A stretch of DNA of 64,000 bases, from NCBI GenBank assembly GCA_045617805.1, contig JAZLJM010000057.1, positions 20,998 through 84,997 on the forward strand, written 5' to 3'. A program made the translations under genes and the position numbers. The notes under the pieces were generated by a model. It worked only from the letters and a program-made list of their open reading frames with translations, was not told the DNA's origin and made no database searches. Below, piece by piece: positions 41,304 to 51,303 of the stretch. The first letter of the stretch is position 1; each line of letters starts with the position of its first letter. The DNA is from Pseudobutyrivibrio sp. GTDB lineage: Bacteria > Bacillota > Clostridia > Lachnospirales > Lachnospiraceae.

Positions 41304-42362
41304 ATGCTTTATTACATACCCGTAAAAATTTACGAAGAATCAAATGCTATCGCAAATCATACTCAAGACTTGAAAGCTCTTGGCTCTACAGCCTTAATCG
41401 TGACCGGAAAGAGCTCTGCCAAAAAATGTGGTGCCCTTTCTGATATCGAAGCAGCTTTAAATAGCGCTGATATCAAGCACTTTCTGTTTGACCAGGTGGA
41501 AGAAAATCCTTCCACAGACACAATCCTTGCCGCTACTGATTATGCAAAGGATAAAAATATCGACTTTGTAATCGGTATTGGAGGTGGTTCTCCTATGGAC
41601 GCCTCAAAAGCTATTGCCCTCATGCTAAAAAACCCAACTAAAGGTCTGGATTTCATGTACGACAAATCAGCTAAAACCTCTGCTCTACCTGTAGTTGCAA
41701 TTCCAACCACCTGTGGAACAGGCTCCGAAGCTACCGGCGTATCAGTCCTAACCAGACATGACACTCAGTCAAAAGGAAGCATTCCCCACAAGATTTTCCC
41801 AACACTTGCTCTTTGCGATTACAAATATCTCAAAAAGCTACCGGAAAGGGTGTTAAAATCTTCTGCAATTGATGCCCTTTGTCACGCCACAGAGAGTTTA
41901 ATTCATGCAAAATCCACCGAATATAGTGAGATGTTTGCCATGGAAGCTCTACGCTGTCTTGGTCCATCACTTAAAGCATTAGTAAAAAATCAAGTTACTG
42001 ATGAGCTCTTAAATAACCTGCTTCATGCATCAACACTGGCTGGCATGGCAATCGCACATACTGGCACAGCATTACCCCATGCACTTAGTTATCGACTCAC
42101 GTATGATGATAGCATCTCACACGGTTTCGCATGTGCATACTTTTTACCTGATTATGTCAAAATTTCTTCTTCTGAGTACAAAAACAAGCTCCTCAATGTC
42201 TTAAATTTGACATCAGAACAAGAGTTAAGCACCATAATATCAGCACTTTGCGATTTCTCAGACATAAAAAAAGAGACAGTAGAAAAATCTCTTGTCGAGG
42301 TCAAAAATAACCCTGCCAAGCTTTCCACTGCCCCTTTTGACGTATCCACACTATTTCATTAA
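41304..42362 (+). CDS. Iron-containing alcohol dehydrogenase family protein
   Basis: GGGSPMD, IPTTCGTGSE, DALCHATES, HALSY, HG. Confidence 0.88.
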   Translation: MLYYIPVKIYEESNAIANHTQDLKALGSTALIVTGKSSAKKCGALSDIEAALNSADIKHFLFDQVEENPSTDTILAATDYAKDKNIDFVIGIGGGSPMDASKAIALMLKNPTKGLDFMYDKSAKTSALPVVAIPTTCGTGSEATGVSVLTRHDTQSKGSIPHKIFPTLALCDYKYLKKLPERVLKSSAIDALCHATESLIHAKSTEYSEMFAMEALRCLGPSLKALVKNQVTDELLNNLLHASTLAGMAIAHTGTALPHALSYRLTYDDSISHGFACAYFLPDYVKISSSEYKNKLLNVLNLTSEQELSTIISALCDFSDIKKETVEKSLVEVKNNPAKLSTAPFDVSTLFH

Positions 42363-43376
42363 ATCCATAAAGTATTCCTCTAGAGCATCGAGATTTAGGT
42401 CAGAATGCTCTATTTCTCTGGAATACCTATATATTGCTTCCTCGAGAGTGAAATCTGTTGACTTATAAATCAACATAGTCCATCGCATACTTTCTACACA
42501 AAGCTTTGCTTTGGCAAAAATCCACTCATCATACACAGCTCCGCAGAAATATGTATAGATTAACAACACTAACATGTTCTCTGCGGTTATTTCTTCACTT
42601 GAGTTGAGCTCTATTTCATCTGATTTTTGCCTGTATTTGCGCATTGAAGATATTACGGACTTCCAGTCATCATCAAGAAGCTCCATCTTCTCAAGTATTT
42701 CTACATCCGCTGTTTTAATGGTATTTTGCTTCTTTTCACGATATTTCTTTGACGCTCTGTCATAAAAGGAATCTAAAACCTCATCTGTATCAAAAAGTCT
42801 ATCCTCATCAACGCACTTTTGTATTTCTCTGGCTAATTCCAGGATTGCCTCACACCTATATTCGATTGACCAGCTTCGATTTTGAGCTATTTTGTAGATG
42901 ATATCTCTAGCATCTGTAAGCTTTGTATAGAGAAGATAGTCAAAATCTTCAAAATCATCCAAGGCATCATCCTCATATTCGACAAACTTTACTGGCGAGG
43001 TACGTCTTACCAGCATATTTGCCACCTCTGGGCATGCCATTGAAAGCGAAAACTCCCTAACATCCTCAAATTCCTCGATATGTCTTGGGAACATGCGACA
43101 TACCTCACACAATGCTTCTTCGCCTGCTGCAATCTGAAGACTACATAAGCCATTTTCATCTAAAAGCGCACAGCTTCGATTCTTTTGTAGTATTACTGCC
43201 TCTTCAATATCAATTGCGTGGCGTACTTTTTCACCCAATTCACCATCCATAGATTTGAATCTATCAAGAGCTTCATCATCTATTGCAATCTCCCAACCAC
43301 CTTTACAGCAGGAATTTGGGCAGTCGCCACATATACATTTAAAATCATCATAATCGTCCTGTTTTATGTACTGCAT
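42351..43376 (-). CDS. fliB: Flagellin lysine-N-methylase (FliB family)
   Basis: FKCICGDCPNSCC..WEIAID, C.LLDENGLC.LQ, LCEVCRMFPR, SMACPE, and SREIEHS. Confidence 0.75.
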   Translation of the reverse strand: MQYIKQDDYDDFKCICGDCPNSCCKGGWEIAIDDEALDRFKSMDGELGEKVRHAIDIEEAVILQKNRSCALLDENGLCSLQIAAGEEALCEVCRMFPRHIEEFEDVREFSLSMACPEVANMLVRRTSPVKFVEYEDDALDDFEDFDYLLYTKLTDARDIIYKIAQNRSWSIEYRCEAILELAREIQKCVDEDRLFDTDEVLDSFYDRASKKYREKKQNTIKTADVEILEKMELLDDDWKSVISSMRKYRQKSDEIELNSSEEITAENMLVLLIYTYFCGAVYDEWIFAKAKLCVESMRWTMLIYKSTDFTLEEAIYRYSREIEHSDLNLDALEEYFMDLMK

Positions 43377-43511
43377 CCTTTTGCCTTTCCAAAATCTTCA
43401 CAAATAATAGTTTTATGTTTATTTTATTCTATTTTTTGCCCATTTTCATCCTTTGATTTATAATATCTAAAGCAAATTTTATTTGTTACTTCTAGAAAAA
43501 CGAGGTGTATT

Positions 43512-43967
43512 ATGCGATTACTAGTCCAAAGAGTCTTAGAAGGCTCAGTTACAATTGATGAAAAGGTAAACGGCGCAATCAAAAAAGGTTACGTGGTATT
43601 CGTAGGAATCTGCGATTCTGATACTGAAGAAATCGTTGAAAAAATGGTTAAAAAGCTTATAAATCTGCGCATTTTTGAGGATGAAAACGGCAAAACCAAC
43701 CTTTCCATAAAGGATGTTGACGGCGAGCTTTTACTTATCTCACAATTTACTTTATACGCCGACTGCCATCACGGAAACAGACCAAGCTTCACGCTTGCAG
43801 GTGCACCAGAGCATGCTAATAAACTCTACGAATACATGATTTCACTATGCAAGGACACAGTAAAAAAGACAGCTACAGGAATTTTCGGTGCCGATATGAA
43901 GGTTTCTTTAACAAACGACGGACCATTCACAATCTGGCTCGACAGCAAAGAGGTTATCCACAGCTAA
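43512..43967 (+). CDS. dtd: D-aminoacyl-tRNA deacylase
   Basis: [35 protein letters not shown]. Confidence 0.95.
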   Translation: MRLLVQRVLEGSVTIDEKVNGAIKKGYVVFVGICDSDTEEIVEKMVKKLINLRIFEDENGKTNLSIKDVDGELLLISQFTLYADCHHGNRPSFTLAGAPEHANKLYEYMISLCKDTVKKTATGIFGADMKVSLTNDGPFTIWLDSKEVIHS

Positions 43968-44063
43968 AATTCATTTATTACCATACTTTTTCTACGAAAA
44001 AAACACACATCGACTCTATACTAAAGACATGTATCGTTTACTTATCCAGATTCGAGGTGTGTT

Positions 44064-44429
44064 ATGTTAGAAGAAGTTGCAACAATAATCAGTGAAAAAG
44101 CTATAGAAATTGCCTCTCAAGAGGTTTCAAAGTATGTTATGGATAATCCTGGTGTAGATATTTCTGAGGATTTGAGGAATTTAGTTAAAGACCGAGCTCT
44201 GGCACAAATAACCTTTAACGTCTCAAAGCTACGCATTAAGGACAAGGACAACCTTACAGAAGAAGTAAACACCTGGTTTACTGAGACCGAAGAAGAACAA
44301 TTACGAAAAACCTGCAAGGAATGCATCAAAACTGAGCTTGCAAAGCTCCACAAGGATGAAGATCCAAATATGTCATTTCTCGACAGATATCGCATGGAAC
44401 ACAGGTATAAAACAAATCTAACTAAATAA
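44064..44429 (+). CDS. Hypothetical protein (121 aa)
   Basis: GAGG RBS, natural charged helical composition, followed by a terminator; no family recognised. Confidence 0.7.
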   Translation: MLEEVATIISEKAIEIASQEVSKYVMDNPGVDISEDLRNLVKDRALAQITFNVSKLRIKDKDNLTEEVNTWFTETEEEQLRKTCKECIKTELAKLHKDEDPNMSFLDRYRMEHRYKTNLTK

Positions 44430-44431
44430 AG

Positions 44432-44598
44432 TTTTAGCGGGCACTAATTCGACGTCAGTGCCCGCTATTTTAATGTGTTCATCATAGTATCCCTTTCTAT
44501 CCTGCAAGGTAGTGTAATCCCATCACGTCAACCAACAAGTAACCTACAAATCAGCTAACGGAGCTTAAATTACCTGTTCCTAAAGGATTTGTTTTGTT
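44432..44598 (-). ncRNA. Candidate structured small RNA (family not recognised)
   Basis: GC-richer intergenic block; 13-bp stem 44534-44546/44566-44578 that needs G-U pairs on the minus strand; terminator at its 3' end. Confidence 0.35.
44435..44467. terminator. Bidirectional hairpin terminator
   Basis: TAGCGGGCACT...AGTGCCCGCTA between convergent transcription units. Confidence 0.7.
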
Positions 44599-44674
44599 AC
44601 TTATTTTATCGACACAAGATATTTTTTTATAATATGAAAAACACACATTTTTTCCATTAAAAAATAGTCATTTT

Positions 44675-45808
44675 CTACCAAATTCTATATTTACCACTTA
44701 AAGCAAGCATCGCAAACATATACAGACAATTATCATAATATCTGCGATTTCCACTTCTCATCGGAAGATTCCAGAATTTTTCAACAAAGCTCTTACTGTA
44801 CACCCCGTCAGAAGCCAACGAAGCTTGTGCCAAGGTCGCCATCAACCCTACTGGATGAAGAGCTTTTCCATCGACAACAGTTCCATCAATTTCAAAGATT
44901 CCATCCTGATTATCCTTTGCATCCTCGGCAAAAAATCTTTGAATATTATTTGCCGTAAGTCTTTCCCACTGACCAAACTCGCTATCCTTACTAGTCCATT
45001 CATAATCCAAGCCAATATTTGCAATCGTCCTATATGCATCGCTATAAAACCAGTCGTGTCGTCCTGGAATCATAGGAGCATCATACGGTGTTCCATCATA
45101 ATAACTGTACTCGCCAGACATACCAGTTTTCTCATGGCACGCCTTTTTTAAATACTCTCTACTGGCTTCTGCAGCTTTACTGAAAAACTCCTGGTCCTCA
45201 GGGTATGCCCATTTTGCAAACAAATCATAAAAATGTGGCAAATGATATGAAGGATCTGTAAAATCAAGCCCTGGGACAAATTTGATTAAATGATTATCTC
45301 TATCCCACATATCAGAACCGCCATATAATTTATTATGGTTTATACAACATCTTAAAAGCTTTCTGGCTTCCTCGCCATACTCATATATACCTACTCCATC
45401 ACCCCAGCGATGACTGGCAAAAAAGAGCGCCATTGCAAAGAATTCCTCTCCATCAGGAGCTGGACCATCTGAATTTTTCTGCCCATCAGTCAAAACAGAC
45501 CATGCAAAATATCCCTTACAAGGACCCTCATTTAACTGCATTTTTTCTTTTGCCCAAGTCCAAAGCTGATCAAATTCTTTCTTTTTATCAAGCTGCACAC
45601 ACATCATCATTCCGTAAGAAATACCCTCAGTGCGCGTATCGTTGTTTCCTGTATCAACTAAATATCCCATTCGCTCATCTGGAGTCGAAAAATAAAATTT
45701 TTCACTTCCATAAAAGATTTCATTAAAGGTTTTTTCTACTCGTAAATCCACCTCTTCTAGGGTTTTTCCTATTTCCAGGAAAAGATTTCTATATGTTTGT
45801 TTATTCAT
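44675..45808 (-). CDS. GH8 reducing-end xylose-releasing exo-oligoxylanase (Rex-like)
   Basis: RTEG..YGMM, GPAPDGEE, FTDPSYHLPHFY, SDAYR, RYYDNCLY; no signal peptide. Confidence 0.88.
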   Translation of the reverse strand: MNKQTYRNLFLEIGKTLEEVDLRVEKTFNEIFYGSEKFYFSTPDERMGYLVDTGNNDTRTEGISYGMMMCVQLDKKKEFDQLWTWAKEKMQLNEGPCKGYFAWSVLTDGQKNSDGPAPDGEEFFAMALFFASHRWGDGVGIYEYGEEARKLLRCCINHNKLYGGSDMWDRDNHLIKFVPGLDFTDPSYHLPHFYDLFAKWAYPEDQEFFSKAAEASREYLKKACHEKTGMSGEYSYYDGTPYDAPMIPGRHDWFYSDAYRTIANIGLDYEWTSKDSEFGQWERLTANNIQRFFAEDAKDNQDGIFEIDGTVVDGKALHPVGLMATLAQASLASDGVYSKSFVEKFWNLPMRSGNRRYYDNCLYMFAMLALSGKYRIW

Positions 45809-45820
45809 GATTTAATTTCC

Positions 45821-47473
45821 TTATTTGTTTTTAGCCTTATCTACTCGTCTATTTACTTCTCTTTGCATCTCTGCAAAAAATACCTCTGGATGACATGCCT
45901 CGTATTTTTCCATATATTCTTCCCATGCTGCATCAAAATCCTCAGACATAATAACCACAGGAAGCCAATAATGCTTCACATAATCCATATCATTAAAAAC
46001 CGTTCCTGCTTTTGAGCTATATGTCAGCGTATCTGAATATGAATAAATTGGATACCAAGGACCTGGAGAGTCATTTGTACCTAATATATCCACAAAGCTC
46101 TGAGCATTATAAGCCTTCAGGCACTTTCTTACTGATTCTGACATTGCACTTTGGATTTCGCTCAACTGTGTATCTGGAAGATATGAATTTTTGCCATCAT
46201 CCATCAATCCTTCGAATCTTGGAAAATACGCATATTCACAAAAATGATTTTCCATATAACTTTTTTCATTTCTGTGCTCTCTTTGACTCTGGGTTCTATA
46301 AAACCTTCCATCACTATCAATCTTATAGTCCACATTTAGAACGCCCCAATATCTAAGAGTCAATACATCCTCATCCAACAAATCATTAATAAATTTCATT
46401 GCTCCGTCTACATCCTTACAAGACACGGAAACAGATATACCTGTGGCATAATCAAATTCTTCACTTCTATCGACATGATATTTGTTCTGCACATCCTTTG
46501 AAATCGTTATTGGCAAGGGTATATAATCACAACCAATGTCAGATAAGCCTTCTTCCTCAAATGTGGCACGAATATCATGATAAAAATCCCATCTCTGATC
46601 TACCATTCCGAGAACAGCACCTGTCTTCAGCTTTTCAAGATATTCCTCATAAGTGCTTGTAAAGCTTTCTGGATCAACGATTCCCTTTTTATATTCTTCA
46701 TTTAGTTTTTTGAAATAGAGCTTTGCCGTCGGTGTCGTATTGTAATCCACTACAGTATGCGTTTTTGGCTCGACAATACAACTACCATCATTAGGATAAC
46801 CATCCAAAAACTGAGGCACATTTTCCAAACAAAAATACTTCCAATCATCACATAAAATTGTAAAAGGAATGTTTGGTGTTTTTCCATCAGGCATGCAATA
46901 ATTTGCCTCTCTATAATCTTCAAGAAGGTCAAAGTATTCATCTAACGTTGTTATCTTAGGATATCCAGCCCACTCAAGTACTCTAGCCTGAATCCAAAAG
47001 GCTTCACCCTCATGAGTCGTATCCACATTCTCATTTTTGATAGAACCAAATTGAGGAATCCAATAGATATGCCCATCATCCTGCTTTAAGCTTTCAAAAT
47101 CGACACAGGATAAGTATTTCTTTATATTTGGATACTTATCAATATACGAATCAAGAGGCACCAATGCACCTGCTTCTTTTAACTGCGCATTTCCAGAAAT
47201 GAAATCAGGATACTCGCCTTCAATAATATAATTATTGACGGTCTCCTGGTCATTTGCTCCTGTTCCCCAGGACTCTACGCACCTAGCACCGGTTTTTTCT
47301 TCTATTAATTTCATTATTTCGTTATTCTCATTCACAGTTACTCCCTGTGAAGAAAAATAAGCCGTATAAATTCTTTCTTCTTTACTATCACTAAAATGCT
47401 TTTTGATTGAAAAAGTTATAGCTCCCACCACAAGAGCGAGAGCTATAATTAATACAATAATCCTACATTTCAT
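45821..47473 (-). CDS. Oligosaccharide ABC solute-binding protein paralog (TM-anchored, no lipobox)
   Basis: Long blocks shared with 49428-51095 (AFWIQARVLEWAGYP, YFCLEN.PQFLDGYPNDGS, PGPWYP.Y). Confidence 0.85.
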   Translation of the reverse strand: MKCRIIVLIIALALVVGAITFSIKKHFSDSKEERIYTAYFSSQGVTVNENNEIMKLIEEKTGARCVESWGTGANDQETVNNYIIEGEYPDFISGNAQLKEAGALVPLDSYIDKYPNIKKYLSCVDFESLKQDDGHIYWIPQFGSIKNENVDTTHEGEAFWIQARVLEWAGYPKITTLDEYFDLLEDYREANYCMPDGKTPNIPFTILCDDWKYFCLENVPQFLDGYPNDGSCIVEPKTHTVVDYNTTPTAKLYFKKLNEEYKKGIVDPESFTSTYEEYLEKLKTGAVLGMVDQRWDFYHDIRATFEEEGLSDIGCDYIPLPITISKDVQNKYHVDRSEEFDYATGISVSVSCKDVDGAMKFINDLLDEDVLTLRYWGVLNVDYKIDSDGRFYRTQSQREHRNEKSYMENHFCEYAYFPRFEGLMDDGKNSYLPDTQLSEIQSAMSESVRKCLKAYNAQSFVDILGTNDSPGPWYPIYSYSDTLTYSSKAGTVFNDMDYVKHYWLPVVIMSEDFDAAWEEYMEKYEACHPEVFFAEMQREVNRRVDKAKNK

Positions 47474-47511
47474 ACTCTTACCTCTTTTCAGATATTAGTA
47501 TGATTATACTA

Positions 47512-48408
47512 TTATTCTTTTACACCTCCAAGTGTAAGTCCAGTTACAAAATATCGCTGAAGGAAGGGGTAGATACAAACGATAGGTAACATGGTAATAA
47601 TAGTAGCTGCTGCACGTACGGACGTTGGGGTAACACTTCCAGTGGCATTCTTCATAGATTCAACAGAAGAGCTCTGTGAGGTAACAGATGCGAGGAGTTT
47701 CATCAATTCATACTGTAAGGTAGTCAAATTGTCACTCATTCTGTTGTATAACATTGCGTCAAACCAAGAATTCCACTGATAAACCGCTACGAACAAAGCA
47801 ACTGTAGCATATACTGGTTTACAAAGAGGAGAAATAATCTTAACAAAAATTGTTGTATAGCCTGCTCCATCAAGCTGTGCTGACTCTTCAAGAGAATCAG
47901 GAATTCCCTTCATGTAAGTTCTGATTACAAGCATGTTAAAGGCTGAAATCGCACCTGGAATAATGTATACCAAGAAGCTGTTTGTAAGTCCCAATGTTTT
48001 ATAAAGGAGAAAAATTGGGATCATTCCACCATTAACATACATTGTAATAACCCAGAACAAAGAAAGGGGCTTCGAAAAGATAAAATCTTTTCTACTAACT
48101 ATAAATGCAAGTACTGCATTTAAAAAGAGGGATAAAAATGTAGCAATAATTGTTCTTGAGACGGTAACAATTGCACCTGTAATCAAGTTATCCTTCTGAA
48201 GAACCGTAATATAATTTTTAAAGGTAAACACTCGAGGAACCAAATGAATTCCACCTCTAAGTGCATCTGTACCTTCATTTAGGGATATAGCAAGTGTGTT
48301 TAATACTGGATATAAAGTCACAATAACAAACACAATCATAAATATTGCATTACATGTATAGAAGGCAATATCCGCGCCTGAATACTTCTTTCTTTTTTTG
48401 TTATCCAT
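47512..48408 (-). CDS. Carbohydrate ABC permease (MalG-type)
   Basis: IPDSLEESAQLDGA EAA loop, WNSWFDA, YPFLQRYFVTG; start moved to MDNKK after GGAGG. Confidence 0.9.
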   Translation of the reverse strand: MDNKKRKKYSGADIAFYTCNAIFMIVFVIVTLYPVLNTLAISLNEGTDALRGGIHLVPRVFTFKNYITVLQKDNLITGAIVTVSRTIIATFLSLFLNAVLAFIVSRKDFIFSKPLSLFWVITMYVNGGMIPIFLLYKTLGLTNSFLVYIIPGAISAFNMLVIRTYMKGIPDSLEESAQLDGAGYTTIFVKIISPLCKPVYATVALFVAVYQWNSWFDAMLYNRMSDNLTTLQYELMKLLASVTSQSSSVESMKNATGSVTPTSVRAAATIITMLPIVCIYPFLQRYFVTGLTLGGVKE

Positions 48409-48418
48409 GCGAAACCTC

Positions 48419-49354
48419 CTAGAATAATCTCTCTTCGCCATTTTTCTTAGCGATTGAGTTACAAATTAAAATAAGTACAATACTAACAACACTCTTGAAA
48501 ATACCTGCTGCAGTACCAAGTGAGTAATCACCCTGACTGATACCCCATTTAAGAACATAGATATCAATTGTCTGTGAAACCTTCTGAATAAGACCATTAC
48601 CAAGTAAGTACTGAATTTCAAATGCACCATTAAGTACGTTACCTACATTCATAATTAAAAGAATAATGATTGTTGGCTTTAAGCTTGGTAAAGTAACATA
48701 TTTGATTTTATTCCATCTACCAGCACCATCAATTGCTGCTGCTTCATATAATGATGGATCAATAGCTGTAATAGCTGAAAGATATATAATTGCATTGCAA
48801 CCTGTCTCTTTCCAACAGTTAGCAAAAGCTACGATAGGCCAGAAATAACTTTCGTGTGCAAAAAAGTTTATTGCTGAATCAACAATACCAAATTTCATTA
48901 ATAACTCATTAACAATACCTGATGCTGATAATGCATCATGAAGAATACCTGTTACGATAATCCATGATAAGAAATGAGGAAGATAAGAGATTGTCTGAAC
49001 AACCTTTTTCTTCTTAGTACCAATTACCTCATTAAGCAAAATCGCAAATGCAATTGCCATTATCGTTGTAGTAATAAGATTTAATACACCCATTGCAAGG
49101 GTATTTCGAATAACACCTAAGAATATTTGATCCGAAAATAGCTGTTTAAATTTTGCTAAACCTATAAATTCAGAATGAAGTAAACCAGTTATTGGCTTGT
49201 AATTCTGAAAAGCCATTAACCATCCAACAAGTGGAAGATAATAAAAGATAATACCGTATACTGTGATAATTGCAGCCCAGATTAATAAAACCTTCTGTTT
49301 CTTAATCTTAACCCAATCAATCTTGCTTTTTTTTGTTTTTGCAGTAGTTTCCAT
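48419..49354 (-). CDS. Carbohydrate ABC permease (LplB/MalF-type)
   Basis: YLPHFLSW, IDPSLYEAAAIDGA, TAAGIFKSV. Confidence 0.9.
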   Translation of the reverse strand: METTAKTKKSKIDWVKIKKQKVLLIWAAIITVYGIIFYYLPLVGWLMAFQNYKPITGLLHSEFIGLAKFKQLFSDQIFLGVIRNTLAMGVLNLITTTIMAIAFAILLNEVIGTKKKKVVQTISYLPHFLSWIIVTGILHDALSASGIVNELLMKFGIVDSAINFFAHESYFWPIVAFANCWKETGCNAIIYLSAITAIDPSLYEAAAIDGAGRWNKIKYVTLPSLKPTIIILLIMNVGNVLNGAFEIQYLLGNGLIQKVSQTIDIYVLKWGISQGDYSLGTAAGIFKSVVSIVLILICNSIAKKNGEERLF

Positions 49355-49374
49355 AACCGACTCCTTAAAAAATA

Positions 49375-49405
49375 GGCAGGCATCCTAAAAATCTCAATGC
49401 CTGCC
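49375..49405 (-). terminator. Intra-operon stem-loop after the binding-protein gene
   Basis: GGCAGGCAT...ATGCCTGCC with a minus-strand U tract, between the SBP and permease genes. Confidence 0.6.
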
Positions 49406-49427
49406 CATAAAAGTTTTTATTCAAGCA

Positions 49428-51095
49428 TTATTTGTACTTAGCTGCTGTTTCAATTCTCTTGTCAAGCTCAGTCTGCATTTCATCAAGGAATGCCTGTGGA
49501 TTAGCCTTGTTATAAGCTTCCATGTACTCATCCCAAGCGCTGTCAAAGTTGTCAGCCATAACTACCTTTGGAAGATACTCATGCTTAACTTCACCCATCA
49601 TTGTCCAAGCAGTACCACCCTCTGTAGATGTGTTCATGTTGTTTGACTTTGTATACATTGGATACCAAGGACCTGGTGCCTCAGATGTACCAAGCATTTC
49701 AACATATGTCTTAACACCATATGCATCGAAGCAGTTCTTAACATCATCCTTAAGTCCATCATAGAACTCACCTGGCTGATTCTCTGGCTTCATAGCATTG
49801 ATTCCATCATCAGATGTACCATCATACTGTGGGAAATATGAATAAGGGCAAAGGTTCTCTGCCTTATAGTTTGCATCTGCTGCATCTACTCTCTGCTGCT
49901 CAGTTCTGTAGAATACACCGTCATCGCCTACTTCATAGTTTGTTCCTTCGATACCCCAGAATCTTAAGTTTAAGATTTCCTGATCAAGAATATCATTTAC
50001 GAACTTTAATGCTCCATCAACATCAGCACAGCTTGTTGTAACTGCAAGACCTGAAGAAACATTTAAAACTCCGCCTGAGTTATGCCACTGGTTCTTCATA
50101 CCTTCATCAATTGTGATTGGAAGTGGAACATACTCACAGCCCTGCTTATCAAGACCTGCTGTCTTAATTGCATCACCTGCTGAATATGCGAAATCCCACC
50201 ACTGATCGATCATACCAAGTACACGACCAGAAGAAAGCTTAGCAATATACTCATCATATGTCTGAGTAAATGACTCTGGGTCAACAACACCCTTCTTGTA
50301 CTCTTCATTTAACTTCTTAAAATATCTAACTGCTGTATCTGTTGTGTTGTAATCGATAACCTTCTTCTTATCAACATCAACGATTACAGAACCATCATTT
50401 GGATATCCATCAAGGAACTGTGGTGCGTTCTCAAGACAGAAGTATCTCCAATCCTCACAAAGGATTGTGTAAGGGATATTTTCTGTACCATCCTCAAGTG
50501 TTGGATTTGCCTCATCATAAGCTTCAATAAGATCAAAATACTGATCCATTGTATGAATCTCTGGGTAACCAGCCCACTCAAGAACTCTTGCCTGAATCCA
50601 GAAAGCCTCGTCATTGTGTGAACAAGCCTTTTCTTCACCATGGATATTCTGGAACTGTGGAAGCCAGTAGATATGACCATCTTCCTGTCTTAACTGATCC
50701 CATTCCTGCTCAGTAAACAAAGCCTTGATGTTTGGATACTTCTCGATATAATCATCAAGAGCAACTAAAGCACCAGCCTCGTAAAGCTGAACTGACATGT
50801 TTCCACCTTCGATAAAGTCAGGATACTCGCCACCAGCGATAAGAGTACCAACTGCCTCTTCCTGTGTCTGGCCTGTTAACCATGTCTCTTTTACTTTTAC
50901 ACCGGTCTTTTCAGCAATAAGCTTCTGAACCACATTGTCATCATTGACATCCTGTGTTGCAGGCACTGAAAAGAATGCTGTAAATTCTTTGATACCGTCT
51001 TCGTTTACAACGCTCTTGTTGCTTTTTCCGCAACCTGTAAAAACTCCAGAAAGCATTGTAGCGACTAACAATACACTAACAACTTTTTTCTTCAT
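49428..51095 (-). CDS. Oligosaccharide (likely xylo-oligosaccharide) ABC solute-binding lipoprotein
   Basis: MKKKVV signal peptide with FTGC lipobox, AGGAGG RBS, IAEKTGV, GEYPD; GH8/GH43/esterase context. Confidence 0.88.
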   Translation of the reverse strand: MKKKVVSVLLVATMLSGVFTGCGKSNKSVVNEDGIKEFTAFFSVPATQDVNDDNVVQKLIAEKTGVKVKETWLTGQTQEEAVGTLIAGGEYPDFIEGGNMSVQLYEAGALVALDDYIEKYPNIKALFTEQEWDQLRQEDGHIYWLPQFQNIHGEEKACSHNDEAFWIQARVLEWAGYPEIHTMDQYFDLIEAYDEANPTLEDGTENIPYTILCEDWRYFCLENAPQFLDGYPNDGSVIVDVDKKKVIDYNTTDTAVRYFKKLNEEYKKGVVDPESFTQTYDEYIAKLSSGRVLGMIDQWWDFAYSAGDAIKTAGLDKQGCEYVPLPITIDEGMKNQWHNSGGVLNVSSGLAVTTSCADVDGALKFVNDILDQEILNLRFWGIEGTNYEVGDDGVFYRTEQQRVDAADANYKAENLCPYSYFPQYDGTSDDGINAMKPENQPGEFYDGLKDDVKNCFDAYGVKTYVEMLGTSEAPGPWYPMYTKSNNMNTSTEGGTAWTMMGEVKHEYLPKVVMADNFDSAWDEYMEAYNKANPQAFLDEMQTELDKRIETAAKYK

Positions 51096-51303
51096 AAAAA
51101 AACTCCTCCTTTTTTCTATACTCATATTTTATGTATATGACGTAAAGAAAACATGGGAGGAATTATAGTTAAAAGTAGGTCAAAATTTAGAAAATCTTTT
51201 CAAATTATATTTCTACAACAAAATTTCCACACAATTTTGTGTTACCCTAAGCATATCTATAACTGTAGAAATGTAGTGCTATACAAAAGGATGGTACATC
51301 TCT

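Noticed and set aside
44432-44600. c-di-AMP (ydaO) riboswitch or 6S RNA
   Set aside because: Only TCAGCTAAC resembles ydaO, there is no downstream plus-strand gene, and no 6S-like long hairpin with a central bubble was evident.
51130-51300. YesN-binding direct repeats (AG.AAATCTTTT also near 59335)
   Set aside because: The match is short and AT-rich; it cannot be told from chance without motif statistics.
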